Part shown: positions 34,501-45,500 of the stretch, piece after piece
Layout of the letters: the number at the start of each line of letters is the position of its first letter
How positions within the stretch are numbered: the first letter of the stretch is position 1
Source: Macrostomum lignano
Lineage: Eukaryota
DNA length: 50,271 nucleotides
Direction: 5' to 3'
Assembly (NCBI GenBank): GCA_002269645.1
Contig: NIVC01004330.1
Coordinates: 1-50,271 of the forward strand
Position numbers and translations under genes: made by a program
Notes under the pieces: generated by a model
Seen by the model: only the letters and a program-made list of their open reading frames with translations
Databases searched by the model: none
Told to the model about the DNA's origin: nothing

Positions 34501-35372
34501 CGTCTGACTCTCCCTTTCGTCTGGCTCCCTGTCGTCTCACTCTGCCGCCTGACTCTCCCTGCCACCTGACTCTCCCTGCCACCCGACTCTCCCTGCCACC
34601 CGACTCTCCCTGCCACCTGACTCTCCCTGCCACCCGACTCTCCCTGCCACCTGACTCTCCCTGCCACCCGACTCTCCCTGCCACCCGACTCTCCTGCCAC
34701 CTGACTCTCCCTGCACTCGACTCTCCCTGCCACCTGACTCCCTGCCACCCGACTCTCCCTGCCACCTGACTCTCCCTGCCACCTGACTCCCTGCCACCCG
34801 ACTCTCCCTGCCACCTGACTCCCTGCCACCCGACTCTCCCTGCCACCTGACTCCCTGCCACCCGACTCTCCCTGCCACCTGACTCTCTGCCACCCGACTC
34901 TCCCTGCCACCCGACTCTCCCTGCCACCTGACTCCCTGCCACCCGACTCTCCCTGCCACCTGACTCCCTGCCACCCGACTCTCCCTGCCACCTGACTCCC
35001 TGCCACCCGACTCTCCCTGCCACCTGACTCTCCCTGCCACCCGACTCTCCCTGCCACCTGACTCTCCCTGCCACCCGACTCTCCCTGCCACCTGACTCTC
35101 CCTGCCACCTGACTCTCCCTGCCACCCGACTCTCCCTGCCACCTGACTCTCCCTGCCACCCGACTCTCCCTGCCACCCGACTCTCCCTGCCACCCGACTT
35201 TCCCTGCCACCTGACTCTCCCTGCCACCCGACTCTCCCTGCCACCTGACTCTCCCTGCCACCCGACTCTCCCTGCCACCTGACTCTCCCTGCCACCTGAC
35301 TCTCCCTGCCACCCGACTCTCCCTGCCACCCGACTCTCCCTGCCACCCGACTTTCCCTGCCACCTGACTCTC
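31578..35372. repeat. 3.8-kb satellite of 15/17-bp units (CTGACTCTCCCTGCCAC / CCGACTCTCCCTGCCAC / CTGACTCCCTGCCAC) with higher-order structure
   Basis: Directly visible. The variant block TTTCGTCTGGCTCCCTGTCGTC recurs near 31750, 32591, 32900, 33039, 34065, 34375 and 34515. Confidence 0.97.
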
Positions 35373-35943
35373 TGTTTTCCTTCCTGAGTTGCTGACTCCA
35401 CCTTAATTGCGTTATGCACTCGCCGCCATTCATTGCATCTCCCTGTCTGCAGTAAGTTGCAGTATGTGTAAAATATGAGTACTATGTTCGTTTTTCGCAC
35501 CTGTGATCCCATTGTTGATTTGTTTTTAAAATTCAACTTTATCCAGTTGTACATAAAAACTGATCCAGAAGGTGTACACCTCATCGATCAATCAGTCATG
35601 TGGTTGTGCGCGATGCTTTCATAAACAATAAAATTGATAAATAGGCAGTTTATTTCAATCTATAATTAGCTGGCTTAAAGTGGCCAGTAAACTCTTTTCC
35701 CCCATGATCAGGCACTCATTCCGTGTTGGTAATTCGCTTGCTAATCAGCCAATCTCCAGTCGCATCTGTTGATAGCAGCCAGCCAGCCAATGAGAGGCAT
35801 TCGTTGCGGCAATAGTCAAGTCTTAAATGTTCTCCTGTATGGGCAGCTGAAGACGACTATTTGGGACCCGTCGGTCACTCATTTGCGCCTTTATTATTGA
35901 GTTAAATTGTGCTTCAGCGCTGGCTCAGAATCCTTCCCGCCGC

Positions 35944-37736
35944 ATGGACTCGGGCTGGCAGCAGGTGGGGATGGTCTCCGACCTCGCCAAGGTGCGCTGC
36001 CGCCGGCTGTTCACCGAGCGAAGGGAGGACAGCATCGTCCTGGTGCACCTGCGGGGCCAGTTCTTCGCCATGAACGCCTGGTGTCCGCATCAGGGTAAAG
36101 GAGGGGGTAGTCTGCTCAGGATTCGAGTGCTGTGTGAATGTGTCTGCTCAGGATTCGAGTGCTGTGTGAATGTGTCTGATCAGGATTCGAGTGCTGTGTG
36201 AATGTGTCTGCTCAGGATTCGAGTGCTGTGTGAATGTGTCTGCTTAGGATTCTAGTGCTGTGTGAATGTGTCTGCTTAGAATTCTAGTGCTGTGTTAATG
36301 TGTGCTCAGGATTCGAGTGCTGTGTGAATGTGTCTGCTCAGGATTCGAGTGCTGTGTGAATGTGTCTGCTTAGGATTCGAGCGCTGTGTGAATGTGTCTG
36401 ATCAGGATTCTAGCGCTGTGTAACTGTGTCTGCTTAGGATTCTAGTGCTGTGTGAATGTGTCCGCTCAGGATTCGAGTGCTGTGTGAATGTGTCTGCTCA
36501 GGATTCGAGTGCTGTGTGAATGTGTCTGCTCAGGATTCGAGTGCTGTGTGAATGTGTCTGCAGGGTGAGTGCAGTGTGGATGTATCTGCAGGGTGAGTGC
36601 TGTGTGAATGTGTCTGCAGGGCGAGTGCAGTGTGAATGTACATGTATCTGCAGGGTGAGTGCTGTGTGAATGTGTCTGCAGGGTGAATGCTGTGTGAATG
36701 TGTGCAAGGGGTTGCTGGGTGAGCGCGAATAAAATGCAGTGCACATCACAGCGAGCTGATTGAAAATTTGGCCAGAACGAGGGCCAACCGCCAAGGCAGT
36801 GTGCATTCCTGACCATTAGAAAATCAAAGCCAGTGCACCCTGTGTGAGCAGGAGTACGAGTGCGTGCCTGCGTACAGTATCCGCGTGTTTGTATGTGCTC
36901 GGGATTCAGCGGAACCGGCAGAATTGCTTCAGCGCCGGTTCTGCTGGTTCTGATCAATTCTTGTATCAAGGCGAATCCCAACAGAAGTAACATGAGATTC
37001 GTTCAAATCCGGCAGGCGGGCCGCTGTTCCGCGGCGACATGGAGGACGTGAACGGGCAGCACTGCCTCGTCTGCCCGCTGCACCGGTACGCATTCAGCCT
37101 CAGCGACGGCACCGCCAGCTGCGGCCTGCGGGTAGGTTGCCGGTCCCTGAGCACTGAGCACTGAGCAGGCCTCTAAGAGCCGAGCCGGAGAAGCCGCCGT
37201 CGCGAACCCCTTTTCATCTCTCCCTCTCTCAAAATTTTGATGAGCTCCCGGCCCATCATTTTAATTTCGAGTCAGATTTTACCGTCGCGGCTCTTTGAGC
37301 ACCGCGGCTTTGACTTTGATGGGAGCAGGTGGTCGGCGGGGGAGGGGGGGCTGCCCTCGCTATCCAAGAGTCACGCGACCGCCGCCTGCCCACCCAAGCT
37401 GGCTAAATCCCTCTCCCGCCTCGCTATAGGGAGGATTTCATGAGTTCAAACCGGGCTTTGCCTCCGGGACAAGCCGGTTGTTGTCCCCGGGATCCGGCCG
37501 TCCGCTCCCGTGCGCCTGCAGCCTCGCGGCGGGTTTAATCAGCCAGCGCTGCTACCCTTGATTTCTTTTTGCGGCCGGCTGCCTCTCCCTAGCGGAAGTC
37601 GGGGTGGGGGAGAAGGGTGGAGCTCACGCGGCTGTTTTTGCCCTGTCTTTTGCAGCAGTCGACTTTCGAGTGCAAGGAAGAGGCGGGCCAGCTGTACATC
37701 CGGTGCCCCTTCCGGTTGTCGCTGCAGCCATTATGA
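35944..37736 (+). CDS. RFESD: Rieske [2Fe-2S] domain-containing protein, RFESD-like; exons 35944-36094, 37016-37131, 37656-37736 (115 aa)
   Basis: Rieske ligands CPHQ|GGPLFRGD and CLVCPLHRYAFSL; terminal exon QSTFECKEEAGQLYI. GT-AG junctions preserve frame. Resembles the RFESD pattern C.H.GGPL..GD.ED.....C.VCP.H.Y. Confidence 0.85.
36115..36700. repeat. Intronic minisatellite, 32-bp unit CAGGATTCGAGTGCTGTGTGAATGTGTCTGCT grading into a CAGGGTGAGTGC variant
   Basis: Tandem array in intron 1 of the Rieske gene. Confidence 0.93.
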
Positions 37737-38319
37737 GCAGTCTGTTCTCTGCTTTTTCATTAATTAGACAAAACTGACCTGACTCAGCCATGTGGCAGAC
37801 TGGATTCCGCACAAATATTCCATTGACATGGAAATATGCATGCATGTAACTGCACTGCTGTATAGAATCCCTGCTCAGCCTCGTGGGGACATGCCATGTC
37901 ACCTAATTTATGTTCTCACGCAGTAGTGCAAGCTCTGTAATAAGAAAACTTGACGGCTTGAGGGCTGAAAACTCAGTCCTTTTGTAATCCTGTCTCGCCT
38001 CCACACTTCCGCATTGCAACTCGAGCAAGCCTGTGTTTGTCCGGGGTGCAGCTCAACCAGCTTCCTGGAGTCGGAATGGCTGTACAAGCCTCTATGTCTG
38101 ACATTTGGCAAGCGGAGTCAGTAATGAATTTGTTTCACAGCTCAGTTTTTTTAGAGAAGACAAGTTCCAAAATCGTGCGTTTTACGAGCGTATGCTCTGC
38201 TGACCAATCAATTTTTTATTCTGGAACTGCATCTGCAGATCCATTTATAAGCTGTAAAATTAATCACTTCAAGTTTCTGACAGTCACATCCGCTCCAGAC
38301 AGTCAGATCGGCCAGATAG

Positions 38320-38720
38320 TCAGATCCGCCAGACAGTCAGATCCGCCACAGACAGGTGCAGATCCGCCACAGACAGGCACAGATCCGCCACAGGCAGTCA
38401 GATCCGCCACAGACAGGCGCAGATCCGCCACAGACAGTCAGATCCGCCACAGGCAGTCAGATCCGCCACAGACACGCGCAGATCCGCCACAGACAGTCAG
38501 ATCCGCCACAGGCAGTCAGATCCGCCACAGACACGCGCAGATCCGCCACAGACAGTCAGATCCGCCACAGGCAGTCAGATCCGCCACAGACACGCGCAGA
38601 TCCGCCACAGACAGGCGCAGATCCGCCACAGACAGGCACAGATCCGCCCCAGGCAGTCAGATCTGCCCAGACAGTCAGATCCGCCCAGGCAGGTACAGAT
38701 GAGCCACAGACAGTCACAGA
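38320..38720. repeat. Minisatellite, ~19-21-bp unit CAGATCCGCCACAGACAG(GC/TC)
   Basis: Tandem array between the convergent 3' ends of the Rieske and ROCO genes. Confidence 0.93.
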
Positions 38721-39500
38721 TCCACCGTGACACGGCGTCAAAGATAATATGATAAGAATTATTAAAAAATATCAAAAGACAAGTACGCTGTCAAGTATTG
38801 GCAAGGCGGCTACAATGAAAAGACCTAACTCATAAAATTATTCCCTGTGCGAGTATTATCGGCACACGAAGTAAGCAAATAAACTAAGACTTGTGTCTGA
38901 TCGTGGAACAAATAGTCCAACTCCAGCACTAAATTGCAATGCGGTGCCCGAAAGAATCACATTCAATTTTGCTCGGTAACCCTTTGCTTTCTGTTGAGAA
39001 AAGACTCTGGCCAAGGCCAGCGGCTTGCATGTGATGTGGAAAGGTAGCCGTGCATAAAAAACAAACTTATCTATCTCTGTCTTTAAAATATGCGGACTAT
39101 ATTTTTATTTTGCTCCAATAAAACTGACATTGAGAGGCCGGGCAGGTCAGCAATCAAAGCTCGGTACAAGATGAACGCAGAAAGGTAGGAAATTTGATTG
39201 CAGCATCAAGATAGTTTAACATACATGTACTCAGTCAGCAAGTCAGTGCATTGCAGATAGAAAAGTGTAGAAGTGTAGCATATAGAAAAACATCCCCAAG
39301 ACAAGTCTTCCTGCATTATTTAGTTCACATCCCAGAGTCTGGAATCAATCAGCGGGTTTGCCTCCTAGAGATATTTAATTAAACCTAAAAAACTACAAAG
39401 ATTAATAATGCGGGGAAATAAATAAGCCTCTTAAACATGGGGCAGTTGAAGTAAGGATTTCAGACTAAAAAAATCGCTGGTGTTTTCATTCGCGCTACCG

Positions 39501-42500
39501 TCACTGAATGTTGCAGACTTTGCTCCTGTTCTTCTTCAGTGACACCTGGCTGGCAGTCAGCGCCTCCGCCTCCGCCTTCTCGTCTGCCGCTGCTCGTCCA
39601 CCGCTGCTCCGCTGGCGCGGCGGCGTCTTCATTGTTGGCGCACCGCCGGCTTCGTTGGCCGCGGCCGCCGCCTCGAGCTGGCCGATGGCTACAGAAGTTC
39701 TGTGCCGCTGCAGCCTCTGCTTCGCTTCATCACCGGTGTCTTTTTTGCTTGCCACGTGCTTCTTTGATGCTATGTACTTTTCCTGCTCCTCCATGTACTT
39801 CATGTACTTTTTAACCGACTCGTTATACTGCGTATTGCCGAGCTTCAAAGCGTCCAGCTCCTTGTGCAGCAGATCGCGCAGGACGGCTTCGCCGGCGGAG
39901 AAGAGATTCTCCTGCGCGCCGGAGCCCGACGCCTCGTCGTCTGGCAACACCGTCACCCGGCCGTTGCCGGCTCTCTGGTGCTCCGGGCACAGCCACAGCA
40001 CCTTGCCGCTGCCCAGCGCACACTTGGACAGCCCGGAGTGGCGCTGCTCGCCCTCTGGAACATGCACACGGAAGACCGGATGAGACTCAGACAAAATTTC
40101 GAGCTGAGCGGCATTACAGGAGATCAATCAAACCTATGATCTATCAGTCAAATAAAAGTTCGAACATGGTCTGTATTTATGGATTGCTATTGTGGTCTGC
40201 TAAGGAAGAGTAGGAACTCTCTGAAACCGAATGCCCTGGGCTATTGCGCGTTCGAATCTCAGTTCTGGACACAGAACTACACTGTAGAAGCTGAAATTTA
40301 TGTTCAGTGACGAAAACCGTTGACTGTCATCGAGTTCTATATTCATGGTTGCGCATGAACTTGCGACCAAGTAACGCATAGAAATGCATTCACGGAGCAC
40401 TGAGTTTAAAAAAACCAGCAAACGGACTTTGAGCAATCGACACCCGCCCCACTCACTGGTGGCATCCGAGTACAGCTGCTGCACCGTTCGGTAGGCGTCG
40501 ATGAACGACTTCGGCGACACCGCAGCCTCCACACGGACTGCCTGCAGGAACTCCTCGGCTTGGATTCCCTCGAGGCAGTTCAACCGAATGCCGCTGGCCT
40601 GCAGCAGCGAGCAGATCCTTAGCAGGTACACTGAGGCGGCAGACAGCAGGTTTTCCCGGCCCGTCTTGCTGGCGGTCGCGAGGCTCACGGCCGGTCCGTG
40701 GGCGTGCCAGCCCTGTAGTGTTTCAAGGGATACATTGCGTTTTGGGAACCAAACCTATCATGCATTTCGACACTATAATCAATCTATTCTTAATAGTGGG
40801 GACATTGAGAAGCGTAAGTGTGAGAAGCGCGATGATGTTAAAGCATTCCAGGCCATGGATCGGAAGTTGTCCCGGTGTCCCGCAAAGCCCTGCTAAGAAC
40901 CGCCTGCGCTTTAATCTGCCATACCATGCAACTCACCCGCTGATTCTCGCAAAACACTCTGATCAGCACCTGTGGATTTGCGGTGGAAGGAAAAGCTGTA
41001 TAAAATTCAATCAATGGATCACACTGCACATTACTGCAATTTTGGTAAGGTTCGTAGGTAAACCAACCAATTCTTCCAGCTTGCCGCCGTCTGAATCCTT
41101 GCTCCGGCTCTCGTCACTGAAGTCGGTGACGTCGCTGAAGTCCGGCACAAGCAGCCGCGGCAGGTCGCTGTGGCTGAACTGCTTGAGAAACCGGCGCTGC
41201 GCAAGCTCGGCCTCCTCTCGAAACAGGCCGGGCTGGCTTGGCAACGGCATAGCAACGGTGGTCTTTCGTTTCATCAGCGGCACGTTTGCCGATCTTTTTT
41301 CGGCCTCTTTGGCCAGCAGACTTTTGATTCCGGCAACCAGTCTTTTAAATTCCAAAGCCGGAACATCCTTGCGAAAGTCGAACTCCTCGTAGCCCAGGCT
41401 GAGCATGCCCAGCTCCTGGGTCTTGAAGGCCTGCGTCTGGCCCACCACGACAGTCACAATCGGCTTGCGCAGGTTCTTTGCCGCGAAGCGAAACTCCATC
41501 ATGCAGTTGGCGCTGCGCTGGTACTCGTCGCTGACAAAAGCCAGGACTAGCGGGCACCGGCCGAGGCCCGAGCTGATGTCCTCGAATAGGCTGCGCTGCA
41601 AGTGAAACCGGACAGGGAGAGCTTCGTGTCTATCTGCTCCATTTTTACTGTTCTAACAAATTCCCACAACATGCCTTTTACAGACTGACACGATAACTAC
41701 TAACAGCCCTATAATCTAAGGATTGATATCAGAGATACAATGAGCTTTAATGAATGTGTGAATGCTCTTCTTCACGTTACACGTCGAGATCTTGAGATGT
41801 TTACGAGCATTGGAGATAAAATACCATCACTTCAAAGCTTTACTGACACATTCATCGATTTATAGTGTAATTAATATCTGCGAAACCTACGGTTCCAGTG
41901 TCCTTGACGTCGAGCCAGCATCGAATCCCCTCTGCTTCCAATCTCTCCCTGAGCCGACGCGGGTCACTGTCCTCGCAGCCAAGAGCTCCGTTTCGGGTTC
42001 CCTTCGCCACGGCGTCGTGAGAATTTGCCCAGCAGTAGGAAACAAAGACGTCCTTGTCGCGAGAGTCATCGCCACTGGGTTTTTGATTGGATGTTTCAAC
42101 CGCAGCCGAGACGTCCTTGATGACCTCTGCGAGCTGCCCTTCGTAGACGGACTTTTTGGCATCCGTCAGATCAATATACTTGTCTGTGCCGACGAGGAAG
42201 GCGAGCTCGGTGCAGTCCCGCCACGACTTGTCCGCCCCAACGCTGAGGTAGACGAGCTTCTTGCGCAGGTTGTTCTTGGCGCTGAACAGCGAGTTCAGGC
42301 AGGCCTTGTCTGAGCCGAAGGACTTTGTGAGGAACACGAGCACAGCGCTACAGTCGCTCATGTGCAGCTGCTTGTCCTCCTGCTGCTCGGGGTACGGCGG
42401 GTAGCTGAAAAGTGAACAGCATCTGGGATAAGCAAGGTGAACAGAAGCGAGGTGCACCAGAGTATTCCGCAATGGCTTACCAGCTGAGCCCTTCTGCCTC

Positions 42501-45500
42501 CAGCTTCTTGGCCACAGCCTCAGGGCAAGTTTGTCCTCTGTCCTTGCCGTCTTTCTGAAAATCATCCGCAAGAAACAGCAGACACACATCTCTGCTCATC
42601 TCCAGTCGAGCTCTGCGAAGCCGCAGCAGACTCTGTTCAAGCTGATGGTCGAACTCCGTCAGACTTTCTGGGCGGATGCTTGCGAGCAGCTGGCTCAGGT
42701 TTAGGATGTGAAACTCGAACGGGCACTGCAGGAATGACACCTGACGGCTGCTGGCCTTGCGAATCATGGCAACTCGGATGACGCTGCGCTCACTGTCACC
42801 CGATGAGGAATTCAGGCACTCGGGACAGGGCAGAATCTCTTCATAGTGGACGCCGTGGAACGTCTCCTTGATGAGACTGTCGAACACGTCGTTAATCATG
42901 AAGAGTACGTTCTCGGGCCTCGGTCCGAACACAGTCGCGATCAGGCGCTGTCTCTCGTCCATGGTGATGACGGCGATGTGGGCGTCCTTTCGGAGCAGCG
43001 AGCCGCGCTTCCAGATGGTGTTGCTGTCGGTGAACTCGAACAGCCGGACCTGAGCCCGGTTGAACAGCCCGGCTGGTAGGTAGTCGAACTGGTAGATGAA
43101 CCTCGCCAGCGTGTTGCCCTCGCCGTCCGCCTCTTGCGGGAACGAGTACTGCGCGAAGGTGTTCGAATTAAATCGCTAATTCACAATGGATCTCGGTTTT
43201 CCTGCATGAACTATGGGCAATGGCTTCAGTCTAGTTGTTTGAGCAAAGCACCTGCACCAGCCGACGTAGCGGAAGCGCCGTGGCCAAGGGCGTACTGTGA
43301 CACTGACAGACTGTTTTGTGACAGACTTGTAGGCCCAGAGTCTCAGCCCCAGACCGCAGTTGCCTGCCCCTTCTACCTGTTTCTTGAGCGCGTGTGCGCA
43401 AGAACTCACTAGTTTTTGTGTCTCTATCCATCTATCTATCTTGAACAAAACACAAGCTCGTCAGAATCAAAGTACCTCCGGCACGTCCTCTGGAAGCAAG
43501 CAGGGCACGATGTTGCAGTCCTCCTTCATCGCGTACGTTAAGTCGAAGGCCTCTGTAAGCTTCAGCAGCCACTCGTGAAGTGCTGGATCGAACTTGCTCC
43601 AGATCGCTGGAATGTCGGATCTTTTCAGCTGGCCGTTCTGCAGTTTGATGGGTTGTTAAAGTTCGGCTCAGGTTCATGCCATGCTGATAATGTACAAGCT
43701 ACTGTGACGGAGAAGCTCACCTGAATGGGCGAGTTCTTCACGCTGACAACGCACGCCATGACATCCACAATCCACTTCGGGTTGATGACCACTTTGTGTC
43801 TGAGGTAGTCCGTGTCGAAGTACTGCACCGAGCCGATGTCGTTCAGAAAGCTGACCGCTTGCCTCACGTGCTTGTCCTCGTAGAGGCCCTGCGACTGGGC
43901 CAGGTCGGCCACTTCCTGCCAGTCCAGAATTTTCACGTGGTCCCGGGTTCGTTTCTCGATCAGGCGGTCTTCAAAGTCCAGGAAGATCCGCGGCAGCCGC
44001 TCGCTCATGTACGGCTGCTGGAGGGCGACCTGAACCAGCTGCTTGCGGAGGTCGCCGATGCCCATGCCTGCGGTGGTGGGGGAATGCGGTGTTCTGCTTA
44101 GGAGGGGAAGCCACCTGGGCAGAAAGACTTGCTGTAACTGCTTACCGCTGTGCGATGAAATGATGTGAAATCCGCAGATCTGAGGATATCGCGATTTGAA
44201 CGTCTCCATGGGAATCTTGTCCGGTTTCTCCACCTGAAACAGTATATTTGTAACCTCCATTGTAGGCACAGTAAGGTGTTAGGTGACTTAAAGCACTTCT
44301 CACCTGATCAGCATGGGTGCCCACCACCAGAATCGGAGCGTTCGGTGCGTGGCTGGCGATGGAGCTGAGCCAGAAGTTTAGGCCGGCGTGCTCGTAGCCA
44401 GTCCTCACTGTGTACAGCAGCAGGTAGACAGCCCTGTGTGTGAGGAAGAACTGGTGGGTGTTGTAGTACACCCGCTGTCCAGCAAAGTCCCACGTGCTGA
44501 AGTGCAGCGGCGGACTGCCGTCGCCGATGTCGATTTGCCAGTCGCCAATGTCGATGCCGTCGGTGATCTCCTCGGCACCGATGACGCTGGTGGTCCCGGT
44601 GGTACTGCGCAGGGCGCGCAGCAAGCTGGTCTTCCCAACTCCGCCTGGAAGCGGTAAGAAGCTGATTAACTATGCACACTGTTCTGACCGGGTACCACAT
44701 GCTCCGGCCAGGAGAGACCCGGAAACTTACCCAGTCCGACAAACATCAGCTTTGTTCTCTTGCACTCCACTTGGTCGGAAGCGAGAAATTTGAGGTAGCT
44801 GAGCATAGCGCTCGAGCCCCTCTTGGCAACCTCCACAGGCGGAGTCTGCAGAGACGGGCACCTGGACACGTCCACGTGACTCAGTTGTGGCAGCTCAGAC
44901 AGACAGGGCGACAGGGACTTCAGCCTCGGATTGTGATCGAGGACCAGCCTTTGCAGCTTTTTCAAGCTTTTTATCTTGTCAGGAACTTGATGGATTGCCT
45001 GCAGTGAGATGTGACGCTTGTGCACTCCAATGGCCACTGATAAAGTTTATCTAAAAAAACAGTCTCAAAGGAGTATTTAAGAAGCCACATATCCCGCTTA
45101 CCTGATGCGAAAGTCGCAGCTCCCTGAGGTTGGTCAGCTCGAACAGGCAGGGCGGGATCCCGCCGGTTTCATCATCGTCCACGCTCTCCAGCCCCATGCG
45201 CGGCACGTCAGTCAGCATGTAGTGAAGGCCGCGGCAGTCCGCGATCCGTTTGGCTTGCTCCTCGGTGATGAGCAGGCTGAAGAACTGCTGCTCCGGCGGC
45301 ACGGGCTCCAGGCCCGCCAGTGTGACGCCAGGGTTGCGCAGGTAAGTCGCATCCAAAGGCGATGCTGTTCCCGCGCCGCTGTCGTGCTCATCCATCTGGT
45401 CCGCCACTCTGTCAGGCCAAGCAATCCCGTCGATGACGAGCTCCTGCAGCGAGCGCAGGTTGGCGAACTCCTTCGGCAGAGTGCGGATCGGCAGCTGCAG

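Noticed and set aside
31544-35584. Very long minus-strand ORFs (1346 aa, 1269 aa, etc.) rich in G/R/E/S/W
   Set aside because: They are translations of the 15/17-bp satellite, which lacks stops on that strand. Several frames are open at once and there is no domain content.
39501-44800. Calling the ROCO gene LRRK1/LRRK2
   Set aside because: No kinase or WD40 domain follows COR, so the symbol is not justified.
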